NCBI GenBank assembly: GCA_024704765.1
Contig: JAKMXF010000318.1
Span: forward strand, 124,001-188,000
Source of the DNA: Oopsacas minuta
Taxonomy: Eukaryota > Animalia > Porifera
Length of the DNA: 64,000 bases
Direction of reading: 5' to 3'
Shown here: positions 1 to 13,050 of the stretch, one piece after another
Layout of the letters: each line of letters starts with the position of its first letter
How positions within the stretch are numbered: the first letter of the stretch is position 1
Notes under the pieces: model-generated
Database searches by the model: none
What the model saw: the letters and a program-made list of their open reading frames with translations, nothing else
Told to the model about the DNA's origin: nothing
Program-made: the position numbers and the translations under genes

Positions 1-216
1 CTCTTCTTCAAAACACGAAAACCAGATGACGCAATAGAATCATGTCCTAACTCATATACAACATTAGACACCAATCTAGCTACATACCTTATAAGGCAAG
101 CATTAGGGGGTGATGCTAAAAGCCTATATAATATCCTCAATTTAAGCCCTGGAGTATCTCGAGGCTACAGAGACGATATTTCTGTTACAGTACTGTATTT
201 TAATGAAGAAAAATAA
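1..216 (+). CDS. 3' end of a PP2C-family, pyruvate dehydrogenase phosphatase (PDP1/2)-like gene (5' partial)
   Basis: Frame 1 is open from base 1 to TAA at 214-216 and reads ...DTNLATYLIRQALGGDAKSLYNILNLSPGVSRGYRDDISVTVLYF. This matches the PDP C-terminal pattern N-x-A-T-x-L-I-R-x-A...R-x-Y-R-D-D-I-x-V-x-V. Confidence 0.75.
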   Translation, partial: LFFKTRKPDDAIESCPNSYTTLDTNLATYLIRQALGGDAKSLYNILNLSPGVSRGYRDDISVTVLYFNEEK

Positions 217-1005
217 ATGATAACTGAGACTATTTTAAAGCAGGATGGGGTCCAGCTATTTGTCTACCTCTCTCGTGTATTTGACTAGTTTTAGGTGTAT
301 ATTTGTATTAATAATGACAACAGTTAGGTGTCAAATGCATAATTATATTACTAACTAAATTCAAACAATTGATGTTTGTTTTGTTTTTAGACACTTGTGG
401 AATAATCTTTCTTAAATAACTCGTCTATATTTCTTGATTTCAATCTCCAATTACAGGTGGTAAAGATAGATGATAATAATAAGACCTGGGATACCCTAAG
501 TCTTCTGTAGTACGTGCAGGTCCTAGCCTAAAATTGTAGATTAATTGAATTTTCAGTTCTGTCCAGTTGTAACGCAAACGTATATTCACCACGTAACTAC
601 TATTTGTCCCTCTGTGTTTATTCATCAAGATTAGTTGGTTTGTTATGGAAAAGCTATTCCTACTATGTGTCCGTTATTTGAGTGTCTTTACCAGTGATAT
701 TATCGCGAGTGTTGAATATATTTATCGTTTTACAGAAATAAACAATCTTTTTCTAATTATGTTGCGTAATTACAAAACGGAAACATCTACAGAATTATAC
801 GCCAAAAACACTGAAACAGTCATTGTTGTTTACTAAATAATGATGTAATACTCGTATTGATCTCATGCTTTTCTCATGAAAAATTACTATCACTTCCAAA
901 TATATATTTATGATTACAATTTAGATATCAAAACTGATACAATGTTAGTATAAATATATTCTGAAGGGAAAAATGTGCGTTATTCTCTTATCGCAATACA
1001 AATCA

Positions 1006-4000
1006 ATGTATTTCTTATTTATCATTTTCCTGACCCTTCTCATTTCTGGGTTACATGGTGACGTGTACCCTAGTGAAGGTAGTCTAGGAGGTGGGACGAG
1101 GATCACTATTACTGGAGCAGAGTTTAGTACAGATATGTTCAACAGTCCTGGTACTAACACTTCTAATGGTAATATTGTTATAATGGAAAGTAACGATGAA
1201 CTGCCTTTATCCTGTGATTCAATTAATTATCTTTCTAATCCAATTCAGATAGTTTGTGTAACACACAATTCTGGACACAGTAAGTGCTTAGTGTATAGTT
1301 GCAATTTTCCTAATACTCATACAGCTGTAGCCAGATATTCAATGCTACAGTTTGGATATTAGAAAATTGCAAAATTTGCAATCATATATAAAGAAGTATC
1401 TCTTATATGTTTTGTTCTATTTTCTAACACAATTATCTAGGATAATACTAAAGTTACAATACAGAGATTAGGAAGTATGTATGTATACGTAGCTATCAAA
1501 TCGGATGGGTTTCGCTGAAAAACTTTGTAACTTTTATATCCTGTGACGTATGTATTTCTATCTGTTTATGTAGTAAGTGGTGATCACCAGTACAGCATCA
1601 GTGTAACCTCTGACGGAGCTACAGTCCCTGTATCAGGAACATTCACTTACAGAGATGGCCAGACTCCTATTATTACTGACGTCACCCCTCGCTACACGGC
1701 ACCAGGCTATCTTGTGAGTTTGTTTGGAATAATATATACTGACAAGTATATGAATACTAATGAAGAGACAGTTGATGAACATCAGCTGGAACGTGTTCAC
1801 CTTGGTCCTTCTACATGTGATCTATACCCTGATGATAGTCCTGATGAGTTGTACGGATTATCACTGGATGGAGATGATTTAACAACAGGACACTGTACAT
1901 GCAAGCCTCAAACTACTGATATAGGATCTTTCAATGCTAGTATGCTATTCTCTGGACCTAAAGGCAGGACTTTGATCAGTAAAGATGCACTACTTGTTGA
2001 TGCAGAGCTGAATACTTTCTTAGTGCAATACTACCCAGAAATTACAGGTATTACTCCGACAGTTGGTAGTATAGAGGGTAATACTTTGATTACAGTGAGT
2101 GGAAAATCCTTCCATGACATCCAGGATAATGTAAAGGTATTTATTGACCATTCAGAGTGTATGGTTGTTACTAGCAGTATTGATACGATTACATGTTTGA
2201 GCCCTGTTGGTGTAGGTGATAATAGTTTATACACAGGGCAACGGGGTTGGACATTGAACCTCTGGGAGACCACGGTAACCTCTATTGACCTAATAGACAG
2301 TTTAAACATAACTCTAAGTACCGTTTATTTGGTAGAAAATACTGATTCATATCCCAACATTACAGTCAGTCCGTATGTGATTAAATTATCAAGTTTTTTC
2401 ATAGCTCCACAGTCTGGACATTATACACTTACTACGTCATCTGGTAGACTTTATATTAACACTTCGCCTTATCCAGAATTGAATGACCATTTAATTTCTA
2501 TTCACAATGTTAAAATTGTATTGGAAAAAGGCTCGTATTATTATTTGTACGCTCTGGCTGAAAATACGTTACCTATAGTTAGTATTAAAATGGATGAAAC
2601 CGTGTTCGTGAATAGCATTTTGGGCTCTGCTAGCAATGAGCTACAAACTATTATAACTGATAATAATCCTTATGACGAATGGCTACGAGTATCTGTGCTA
2701 GATAGAAATGAAGGTAATGCTTCTATCCAGGAAATACATTTACCTGTAAATGCATTGGATGTTTGTTGTAATATTTCAGAGATTATTACTGTCAATGTCA
2801 CCTGTGAAGAGAATGTAACGGATTGTAATTCCACCATGGACACTTTTAATAATTATACAATATGTCATACGTCATCAATTGATATCATATATCAAGGTAA
2901 CTCTTCTACTTTTCTAATCAACAGCACTGAAGAGTTAATTAGAGATGAATTAAATTCTGCCAATTTCGCGATTTCCAATGCTGGAGGCGTTAATGTTAGT
3001 CTGATACAGAATAACACACATGTATCGATAATATTTTATTTCAGGGAGATAGGAAAGAGAGATACAATGGAGTTCAATTTATTACAAGCTAATTGTATGA
3101 ATAATGATACTTCTAGTGAGGCAATTACTGTATCAGTAATTTCACCAGGTCTTGATCCAGATAACACCTTTATCTTCATATATAATAACGTTAGATCAAA
3201 GCCTATTCCTTTCACAGCTGGTGAACAGCTGATTAAAACATATGTTGAAGATATGTTCATTAGGAAATGTGTGTATCCTAGAGGAGGGAAGTATTTACTG
3301 CAGGATTTTGAAGATGGTATAGGTTATATATCTGGTACACGTACAGGGACTTATGAACCGTTCTGTGGCAAGAGAGCTTTAAAAAACCCGAGATATCTGT
3401 TCAGAGTAAATCAAACTTATGCCAAGTCAAATGATGGTGACCCAGAACAATTAGATGAGTTTGATGCGAGAGTTTATAAGTATGTTTGTCTTGCTTATAG
3501 TGGGAATTTCCCTTCTAAAATGTATTTTGGCGTACGATGGCAAAATCTCAATCAAGATAGTATTTACAGTCATATTTCGATTGATTTGACTGTGTTTTCT
3601 GATAGCCCTTCAGAATTGATATTCAGATGTCAAAATATATTCGCTCAATTGTTATTAAATGAGGTTTTCGCAGATATATCTGATTCATCTGGTTACTCTA
3701 TTACTTATATACGTATATACCCAGGGAATAATGTTATCTATGTTGATGAAGTTGTTTTCTCTGAAAACTACTATTATTTACAAAGAGATGAAGCTAGGCC
3801 AGCTCGTCCTAGTGGAAACATATTTGTAGATACTACAGTTGTAGAAAATCTAATCCCGATGACTGAAAATGATTCTCTCAGTTTTGATTTACTATTCTCT
3901 ACATTTGAATGCGGACATAACTTCACATTGATTGAGGTGGCATACGAAGAATTTAACTCTCCAATAACTCAGTTTAATATCACTCGTATTCAACAGGCAT

Positions 4001-7000
4001 CACCACCTATACGTGGTTCTTTTACATTATCACAGAACGGTATATTAACACCAGAAATAGATGTACAAGCTACAGAAGATAATCTTAAACAGAGCCTTGA
4101 ATCGACGTTCGATGACGGAGAAATTCGAATTCATCGTGCTGGAGATTGTAGAGGATATGCATGGGATGTTGAATGGATACAATCAGGGGGAAATAAGCAA
4201 ATGATGGAAGTTAATGATGACAATGTTAGAGAATTTGGTGATGTATCAATTACCGTTGAAACTAAAAAGGATGGGTATCTGTACTTGACACATTTACCAG
4301 GTGACATGTTACGCAATACTCACGCGATTCCGCAGATATCTGTACTAGTGAACAACATACCAGCTTATTGTCCTATAGGAAACTGTGACTACCAATACAC
4401 TACAGACTCCACACCAATGATAACCAATGTCTCCCCTAACACTGGTTCTAATGGTACTGCAATTATGATCACCGGTACGATGTTTGGTACACAACCTGAA
4501 GGAGTATATGTATTAATTGGTGGTGATAACTGTAACCATGTGGATCTAGTATCTGGTACCAAAATATCATGTGTTCTACCCAGACATCAATGTGGTATTC
4601 TCCCGCTTAAAATCAATATTCCTATGTTAGGATTTTCCACTACACTTTCATTTGAATACACAATGACTGTTATTAGTTCTATTCCATCACAACTAAGCAC
4701 TACAGGAGGTACAGGGCTAATTATTAACGGGTATGACTTTGGAGATTCTATAACAGATACCTTAGTTACGATATCTTCAAAGGAATGTGTTGTTAATTAT
4801 ATAAATGACACGTATATCCAGTGTACTTCACCTGCGAATCCAGTTGGTTCATATTCCATTGTGTTGACTATACGAAATGTAACAGATGACAGTTTACAGG
4901 CGGAATACGTAGTAATGCTTTCACCTGTTATAACCAGCGTAGAGCCCAATACATTAAGTGCATGTGGTGATGAAATTACCATATTAGGTAATAACTTTGG
5001 CACTGAACTAAACTATATACAGATAATGGTAGGAGATATTGGCTGTGTAGATATTTCATTACAAAGTGATACACAAATGGTTTGTATTACACCACCACGT
5101 GAACCTGGTATGGCAATACTTACAGTTACACATTATTATACAGGTTCTGGTACATTCAATATTACGTATGTGTTAGTTATTGATAGCTTGACACCTTGGG
5201 TGGGGTCCTCATTGGGCGGGTCTATCCTCACATTCACTGGGCAAGGCTTTTGTTCATCTATTGATGACGTAATGGTTACGTTTTCAGATCCACGAGTTGA
5301 TTCATGCAATCCTCTATACGTGAATGACACTTACATACAGTGTAGAATATCCTCAACTTCTATACAGCATCTCATAGATAACACAGGTTATAGCAGTTTA
5401 TATGGTTATGGATACAATTGGAGTCCTAACAATATTACGATACAAAGTGGTGATACGGTTGTATGGAGCTGGAATGGTGCACAATTTATTGAATACCAAG
5501 TTGTACAAACGTATGAAAATGGTAGTGATTATATTGATGGGTTTATGAGTGAGATAAGCTCTGTAGGTACATTTTCTCATTGCTTCTATACTCCAGGAGT
5601 TTTCTATTACAGAAGTATAGAGCCTAGCATGATTGGAGTAATTTATATTACTGAATTGCCTTCTTTTATACCAGAATTTGAATTTACTGTTCATGGATTT
5701 TCTCCTTCAGCAGTTCCTTCCATACCTCAAAATTTGACATCTGTCATGATTAATAGTAATTGTACAGCTTCATTGCCTTCTATTGTCAATGACGCTGATC
5801 TACAGTTCATTTTCTGGAGCTGTAACACTGGGTTCATACGCTATGCAACTCCTTTACAGAGTTATTGGGAGGACTTAATACAAATCATAGGTGATAACTT
5901 TATGGATACACTACTGGAAATTTTGCTTGATGACGTATACCCCTGTGATGTAATCGATTTTAATAATACAGTAGCACAATGTAGGTTGAGACAAGATGCA
6001 CAAGTTCCATCTTGTATTACACTCCCTATAACTGTATCTTATGGTGCTTATGGTTATGCCTTACTTGCAGAGAAGAGTACTTATACACTTAAACCAACAA
6101 TTAGCAATATTTCTCCGTTATTAGGCTCTACTGAAGGTTGTCAGGAAATTACTATTTCTGGTTACGGTCTGAATAACGTAACTAGAGTATATATAAGTAA
6201 TGAATGCAAAATTGTTAGTAGAACTTACTATCAAATCGTGTGTATAACTAGTAGAACTAATGCTAGTAGTTATCCTATTATTATACAGACTTGTTTTGGG
6301 AATGAAACTTATACACATGAGTATGAATATTCAGTATCTAGTACACCGCAAGTTAACCAAATCTCCGTTACAGAGAGTGAGAACTATGCAGTGGTTGCCA
6401 TCTCAGGGAATTCATTCAACACAGTACAGCCAAATGACGTCATGATAGATATTGGAGGCATATCGTGTGTTGATATAATGTTCACTAATTCTGGTAATAC
6501 AATTGAATGTAAAGCTACACTGGCTGTAGGAGATTATTCAGTGTATGTAGCTGTACGTGAATTAGGTTGTGCTTCTATACCTAATAGTATTAATACTGTG
6601 ACCATCCATGGTGAAATCACGAGCTTTTCACCAACAGGAGGTAGCATAGAAGGTTGTACACGTCTCACTATATATGGATACGGATTTTCCTCTGGCTCAA
6701 CTGTAAATATGAATCCTAATATTGTCTGTGATGTAACTGCAATAACTTTCAATCAAATAAATTGTACTACTAGAAGCTCTAATTCAGGCACTAAGATACT
6801 GTCAGTACAGGGAAATGGAAGGACAATTACTTCTAGTACTAGTTTTGATTATTCTCAATCTTTTACTCCTACAATTACAAACATATCTCCTGATAATGGC
6901 CATGGGGGTGATATTGGTATTATCGGCTCTAACTTTGGTACAAGTATCTCAAGTGTGACAGTAAATATTGGTACAACTAATTGTATTATTTCAAGCATAA

Positions 7001-10000
7001 CCGAAACACATATTATGTGTCAACTGCCCTCTACATTGTCTGCTGGTACATACACGCCTCTAGTTACACGCTACAATTACGGGTGTTCTCAATCTAATAC
7101 AGTTTACGAATATACTCTCACAGTTGATGACGTAATGTTTGATAGCGCTATTCCAGGTAGAAACATACAGCTAACGGGATATGGATTTGATATCTTAGCT
7201 ACTGTAGTCACTATATGTGATTTACCGTGTTCCATATACAATTATACGTATTCATTATTACAATGTCGTGCACCGCCGAATCTAGATTATAACGACAAAA
7301 CTTGTAATATTATTATTGAGCATAACTCCCAGTCAGTTGCATTGGTTGATTCGTTTCATTACGTTACAGCACTGACGTCACAGGTTACAGCTGTTACTCC
7401 TTTTAGAGGAGGTACTGGAGGAGGTGTTGAGTTGATAATAATCGGTGAAGGATTCGGTACTGACCCAGACAGAATTATTGTGCTACTAGGTGACCTGTAT
7501 TGTGACGTAGTAAATGCTACTGATACAGAAATACGATGTATTACTCCCGTTAGCAGTAATACTATTATTGTACAAGTCGAAGTACATGTTGATGAGGAAG
7601 GTTACGCAAATTCAAGTGTTTATTTTCAATTTATTGACGTGTGGTCTTCTATTTATACTTGGGGCGGTGAGAGTACTCCTGTAGAAGGAGATTTCGTGGT
7701 TATCAGCCAGAATCAAACTATACTGCTTGATGTTACAACTCCTATTCTCTCATTCCTTCTCATACAAGGGAAATTGATTTTTGATGAAGTTGATCTTACT
7801 TTAAATACTGAATACATTTTAATCACAGATGGAGGTGTGTTGCAAGTTGGAAGTGAGGAAGAGTATTTTAAACATAAAGCTGTTGTTAGGATCCATGGCC
7901 ACGCTAGGAAACCAGAGTTACCTGTATATGGTGCTAAAGTGCTAGCTGTTAGAGATGGTACACTAGAATTACATGGTAAACCTATACCCATCACATGGAG
8001 TAGATTGAATAGCACCGCTAATATTAATGATACTGAGATTGTTGTAGAAGGTGAATTAGAATGCTGGGAAGTAGGCCATGAGATTATCATAGCTACAACT
8101 GGGTTTGGTCCTGTTGGCAATGAGAGAGTAGTAATAACTCATGTCAATATAACTGATGGTATAACTGTTCTAGGTATTGATCCACCATTACAGCATGAAC
8201 ATCTAAGTTTAACTATGTCAAATGGGAGAGAGGATTTACAATTGAAAGCTGAAGTTGGATTACTGACAAGGAATATCGTGTTTGAAGGCTCTGTTAATGA
8301 CGAATGGACTGAAGAAATACCAGCTTGTCCGCGTGATTTTGATCATGATCAGCATGCAACACAGACATGCTTCCAGGGCAGATTTGGTGAAGAGATTGGT
8401 AGCGATCAATTTGGTGCACACATCATGATACATTCCCATACACACCTAGCCCAAGCACGTATTGCGTATGTAGAAGTACGTCATGCTGGACAAGCATTTA
8501 GACTAGGTCGCTATCCAATACATTATCATATCAACGGTAATGTATCACACTCTTACGTCAGAGGTTGTGCTATACATGATACATTCAATCGTGCTGTCAC
8601 CATACACGCTGTACATAATCTATTAGTCGAGCATAATGTTGCTTACAATATAAAAGGGCATGCTTTCTTCCTGGAAGATGGTATTGAAACAGAGAATATT
8701 ATACAGCACAATTTAGCTGTGTTCGTCAGGTCATCTAGTAGCTTGTTAAATGTTGATGTTACCCCCGCGGCATATTGGATAACTAATCCGAATAATATTG
8801 TGTCATATAACGCAGCTGCTGGAGGCACTACATTCGGTTATTGGGTGCGGTTATCTGCACATCCAGAGGGGCCCAGTTTTGATCCTGACATATGTCCACG
8901 TAACGTTAGAGTACTAGAATTCACTGGTAATACTGCACATTCTTTTGGTCGCTATGGACTATGGATATTTCCAACTTACACACCCAAGCTACACGGTACT
9001 TGTGACTCAAATGTACCAGCTGTTGCTCTCTTCTCAGATTTCCTATCTTGGCATAACATGCGTGGAGCTGAGTCTACAGAAACTGGTGCAGTTCATTGGA
9101 GGAACTTTAATATGATTAGCAATGAGTTAGCTGGTATGGAAGTGACTATACCTAGTATTTGGCATACTTATGATACAGACGGTGGGCTTGTATATGATAG
9201 TTATGTAGCAGCTAGAATACCAGGAATTGAGGATAATTTCTGTTGCGTAGCTGGTATCAAAACTGGTCACAATTTGGGCTCTACATTTCGCAATATAACC
9301 TTTGCATATTTTGATCAGTCAAGTTGTAGTGCAATAGCTGGTTGTTCTCACTGTAAGGCAAGGCAAGGAGGATGGGAAGTTAGATGGTCAGAAGTTGAAT
9401 TTATCGCTTCTCCTTCTAAGCTAGCTTTTCTATGGGAGCACGAGACGGTACATGCAGATTTAGACGGGTCTATTACTGGACAGAACGGAACCTCTTATAT
9501 TGTACCGAGTATGGGTACCTTACCTGTTGATAAATGTACTATTGATGTATTTGCACTTTCAAAAGGTGATAATAATGGCAGTTATTGCTGGGACACTACG
9601 TTCAGGAGGATGGCTTGGAATAAACCTAAGCCAGAATCCCTGCTCTATGTAAATGCATTAGTTTCTAATAAATACGGAGCAAGTGTGATTCCTTTCAAGT
9701 TTAAGCGGTTAACACATCCTGATGGTTGGATGGCATTAATATTAGTGAATGAAGTGAATACGATAGCATTTGAAAATGTTTCACATGTAACGAATATTAG
9801 CTATGTAGCAGGCTTCTTTGAAATTAGGCCACAGGAAGATTTATGGATTAGACACAGTTTTGTACAAGCTCCGGATTTTCTGAGAATATTTGAAGATCAA
9901 GAAATGGCAGAAACTGATTATATACCACACAGACCTAATGTAACTCATGGTGATTGGCATTTTAACCATTCTTCATTAGATTTGTATTACATAGTCACAG

Positions 10001-13000
10001 GAATTGATTTAGTTACTCCAAGCAACTTGGCTACTGAATTATCAGTTTATCAGTGTTATTTCGCTGATTGCGTCATTCCAGTTCCCCCACCCCCACCCAC
10101 CGGGAGGCCACATGACTACAGACGTTGGAGTAATGCTACCGCTTGGATAGACTCAGAGTATGGAATTGAAGGACCCCCTGCAGATGGTGTTGACGTATTT
10201 ATACCACCTCATTGGTGGATGGTGATTGATATGCCGCTACCGGAAATTCGTAATTTAACCATACAAGGGGTGTTGGAGTTCGAGGATTATATTGACTATA
10301 CTTTGAACGTGACTTATATCGTAATTCTAGGTGAAAATGCTGGACTTTTCGCCGGTTTAAATGAGTCATTCACACACAATATTCATATAAGATTGAAAGG
10401 TGATCATAACACACCTGAATTAGTATACCCAGGTGCTCCTATTATCGGTTCTAAGGTCATTGCTAATTTTGGCATTTTACAGTTATGGGGTGTTGTCCCT
10501 GAAATTTCGTGGACGTTTGCCCGCTCAACTATCCATAAGAATACATTAACAATTATCCTCTCGGAGATTGTTGATTGGGGAATACATTTGGATATTCTCA
10601 TTACGTCATCATCATTTGATCACTACCAAACAGAAGTAGCTACTATACACTACATAGAAACAAAGAATAATGTATCATATATTTACGTTGAAGAACTAAT
10701 TCAATATACACATCATGTGGTTACAGGGTATACTGATAATGGTCTTGAGTATACGTTACGACCGGAAGTAGCTCTGTTACATCGTAATATTATCATTGAA
10801 GGCGTAGATGAACCTGTTGGCAGCGTTTCTATTAGGGATTTCGGAGCACGAGTATTAGCAAGTACAATCGAAATTGAGGATAAAACTCATGTTGCTAGAA
10901 CATTTCTTGAAGGGGTGAGGTTCTACCACGCGGGACAATACGGACATACAGATTCATATGACCCTAGATACTCTCTGGCATTTGTTAACTTAGGTACACC
11001 ACAAAAAAATTCATCATACATCCATTCGTGTGTATTTGATGATTCGAGGAGCACTGCTATTGGGGTTTTCAACTCCCATAACATTGAGATTATTGATAAT
11101 GTTATCTACGGTAGTGTAGGTGATTCTGTGATAATAGCTGGGGATAACATTGATATTGTACACAATCTAGTTGTACAAACTAAATTCCCTGTATACTTCT
11201 TAACTACTGTTACTTCAGGCTTACTCCCTCATGTAACTACTTTTGAGTTAACTAAAGCGAATGCTTTGAAACTTCAACGAAATTCTGCTGCTGGCTCTGA
11301 TTACATAGGATTCCATATTAATGGAGAACATTGTAATGAAATTGATCAGGACAGACAATGGTATGGGAATATAGCTCATTCTAATCTACACGGTATTCAT
11401 ATGTTATACGATGACGGTATTCCTTTCTGCACAAAAGTTTCTAATTTTATGGCATACCTAAACTGGGATTGGGGTGTCTTTACGTACACGAGGCAGCGTA
11501 TGGTGTTCAAGAACCTTATTCTTGTTGATAATCGCATTGGTTTACATGCTATAGTGTATGAGCCTAGAGCATTAGCGCATACTACTTCTAACAAATACAT
11601 TAGCGTGGATGACTGTTTGTTCATTGGTAATTCTGATGTTGAAAATTGTCGTAGTAATTTGTCTGAGCCGAGACATCTGTCACGGACAGGAAAGTGGAGG
11701 TCTTCGGCATCTGTTGACGGTGGGAATGTGGGGTTCACTTTGGCTACCTTCATGTCTGGAAAGGGTGCCGCTCCTAATAAACCATATGACAAGCTACTCA
11801 GTTATTCTACTATAAGTGGTCTTACACGTTTCAACCAGGTCACTTTTGCTAACTATCTAACTAGCTGTGGAGATAGAGCTATACAATCTCATCGTGCATC
11901 AGGTGATGCTATGCATCCTGTGGAAATACGGAATAGCCATAGATTTAATGTAGATCAAAATGCTACGTACTTTTTGTATAGACCTTTACTTAGCTGGGTT
12001 GATCCTTCTGATTGTGTTGATATGGATTGTGATGGACCTAAAAAAGTGTTGATTAAAATGTTGGATAATTCCTTCCTGGGGGAAATAAGCGAGGTGGTGG
12101 CACAATCTGAGTTTGAATGGGATGGAGACATGCGGAGGGGTCTAGGAGATTATCGTATTCCAATTTCAATGCAGACGAACAGTGATGGTAGCAGAGTTGA
12201 TATACTAAGTACATACCCATATAAGGGCATTTATCGTGATCAAGATTGTGTGTATAAAAAGGAATGGCAATCGTATTTGTGTCCCGGTACGAATCATGAT
12301 ATGATGATTATAGAGAGTTTAGATGCTGACACAGAGACTAGAAGGATTTCTCCTGTGGGTTTAGCTTCTGGGGAATTCATTGATCTTATTAATGGACCCA
12401 TGGACCATGGCTGGTGTCTCGGATACACATGTCAAGAACGTATATCTACTTTCTACACGATTGTACGAAACAGTTTGAACTATTCATTAGCTTTCACGGG
12501 CACGAATCCACAAGTACTTCGTGTGTTCTTATTAAATGTTGACGTCACTCGAGCAATTGTCGTTGGCTTATTCTACCCAAGCCCTCAACGTCTAGATGTG
12601 TATAACGAGGGTCGTTTCATTATACCAACAAACGCATATTTTATGGATGCGAACCTTAAATATGCTGATACACGCGATCCAGACATAAAAGCTCAATACG
12701 TACCGACTATAGATCTTCATCCAGGAGCTAATTTCTTTGACAGAGATAGTCTTACGATGTATTTTGTAGTGAAAGGCGATGCTAAAATTCAATTAGAGAC
12801 TACTATGATTATTCATTTGAGATTTGATCTAGCTTCTATTACTGTAGATGAATTCTTTGAAGAGAATATTGTGAATAATATCGCGCTTCTTCTCAACATT
12901 CCACCGTCCAGGATCCGTATCACTAAGATAGTCGGAATTCCAACGATAACTCGGCGACAAGTACAGTCAGTAGCAAATAATGTCTCACTTGAAATCGAGA

Positions 13001-13050
13001 TTGGTGATCCTCCTATGAACATTACAAGCTCTCTACCAAATGATAACTAT
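1006..13050 (+). other. PKHD1L1: Fibrocystin-L (PKHD1L1)-like region: IPT/TIG repeats, PA14-like segment, cupredoxin-like segment, two G8 domains with beta-helix repeats
   Basis: Repeated P-x-I-x-x-I-x-P-x-x-G-S-x-x-G-G-T-x-I-T-I-x-G IPT motifs. G8 domains start at WSSIYTWGG (~7640) and RRWSNATAW (~10120). Family-typical strings include GQAFRLGRYPIHYH, FLEDGIE, DCVDMDCDGPKK, GPMDHGWCLGYTCQER and DEFFEENIVNNIALLLNIP. Confidence 0.9.

Noticed and set aside
440-836. Short ORFs 440-628 (-) and 645-836 (+) as a small gene between the PDP-like gene and the giant gene
   Set aside because: No recognisable motif, and I could not build a phase-consistent spliced model. An acceptor-like TTTTAG precedes LGPARTTEDLGYPRSYYYHL on the minus strand, so a small gene is not excluded.
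1304-1365. Imperfect inverted repeat in intron 1 of the giant gene
   Set aside because: It is a single degenerate copy with no target duplication and no match to the other MITE families.
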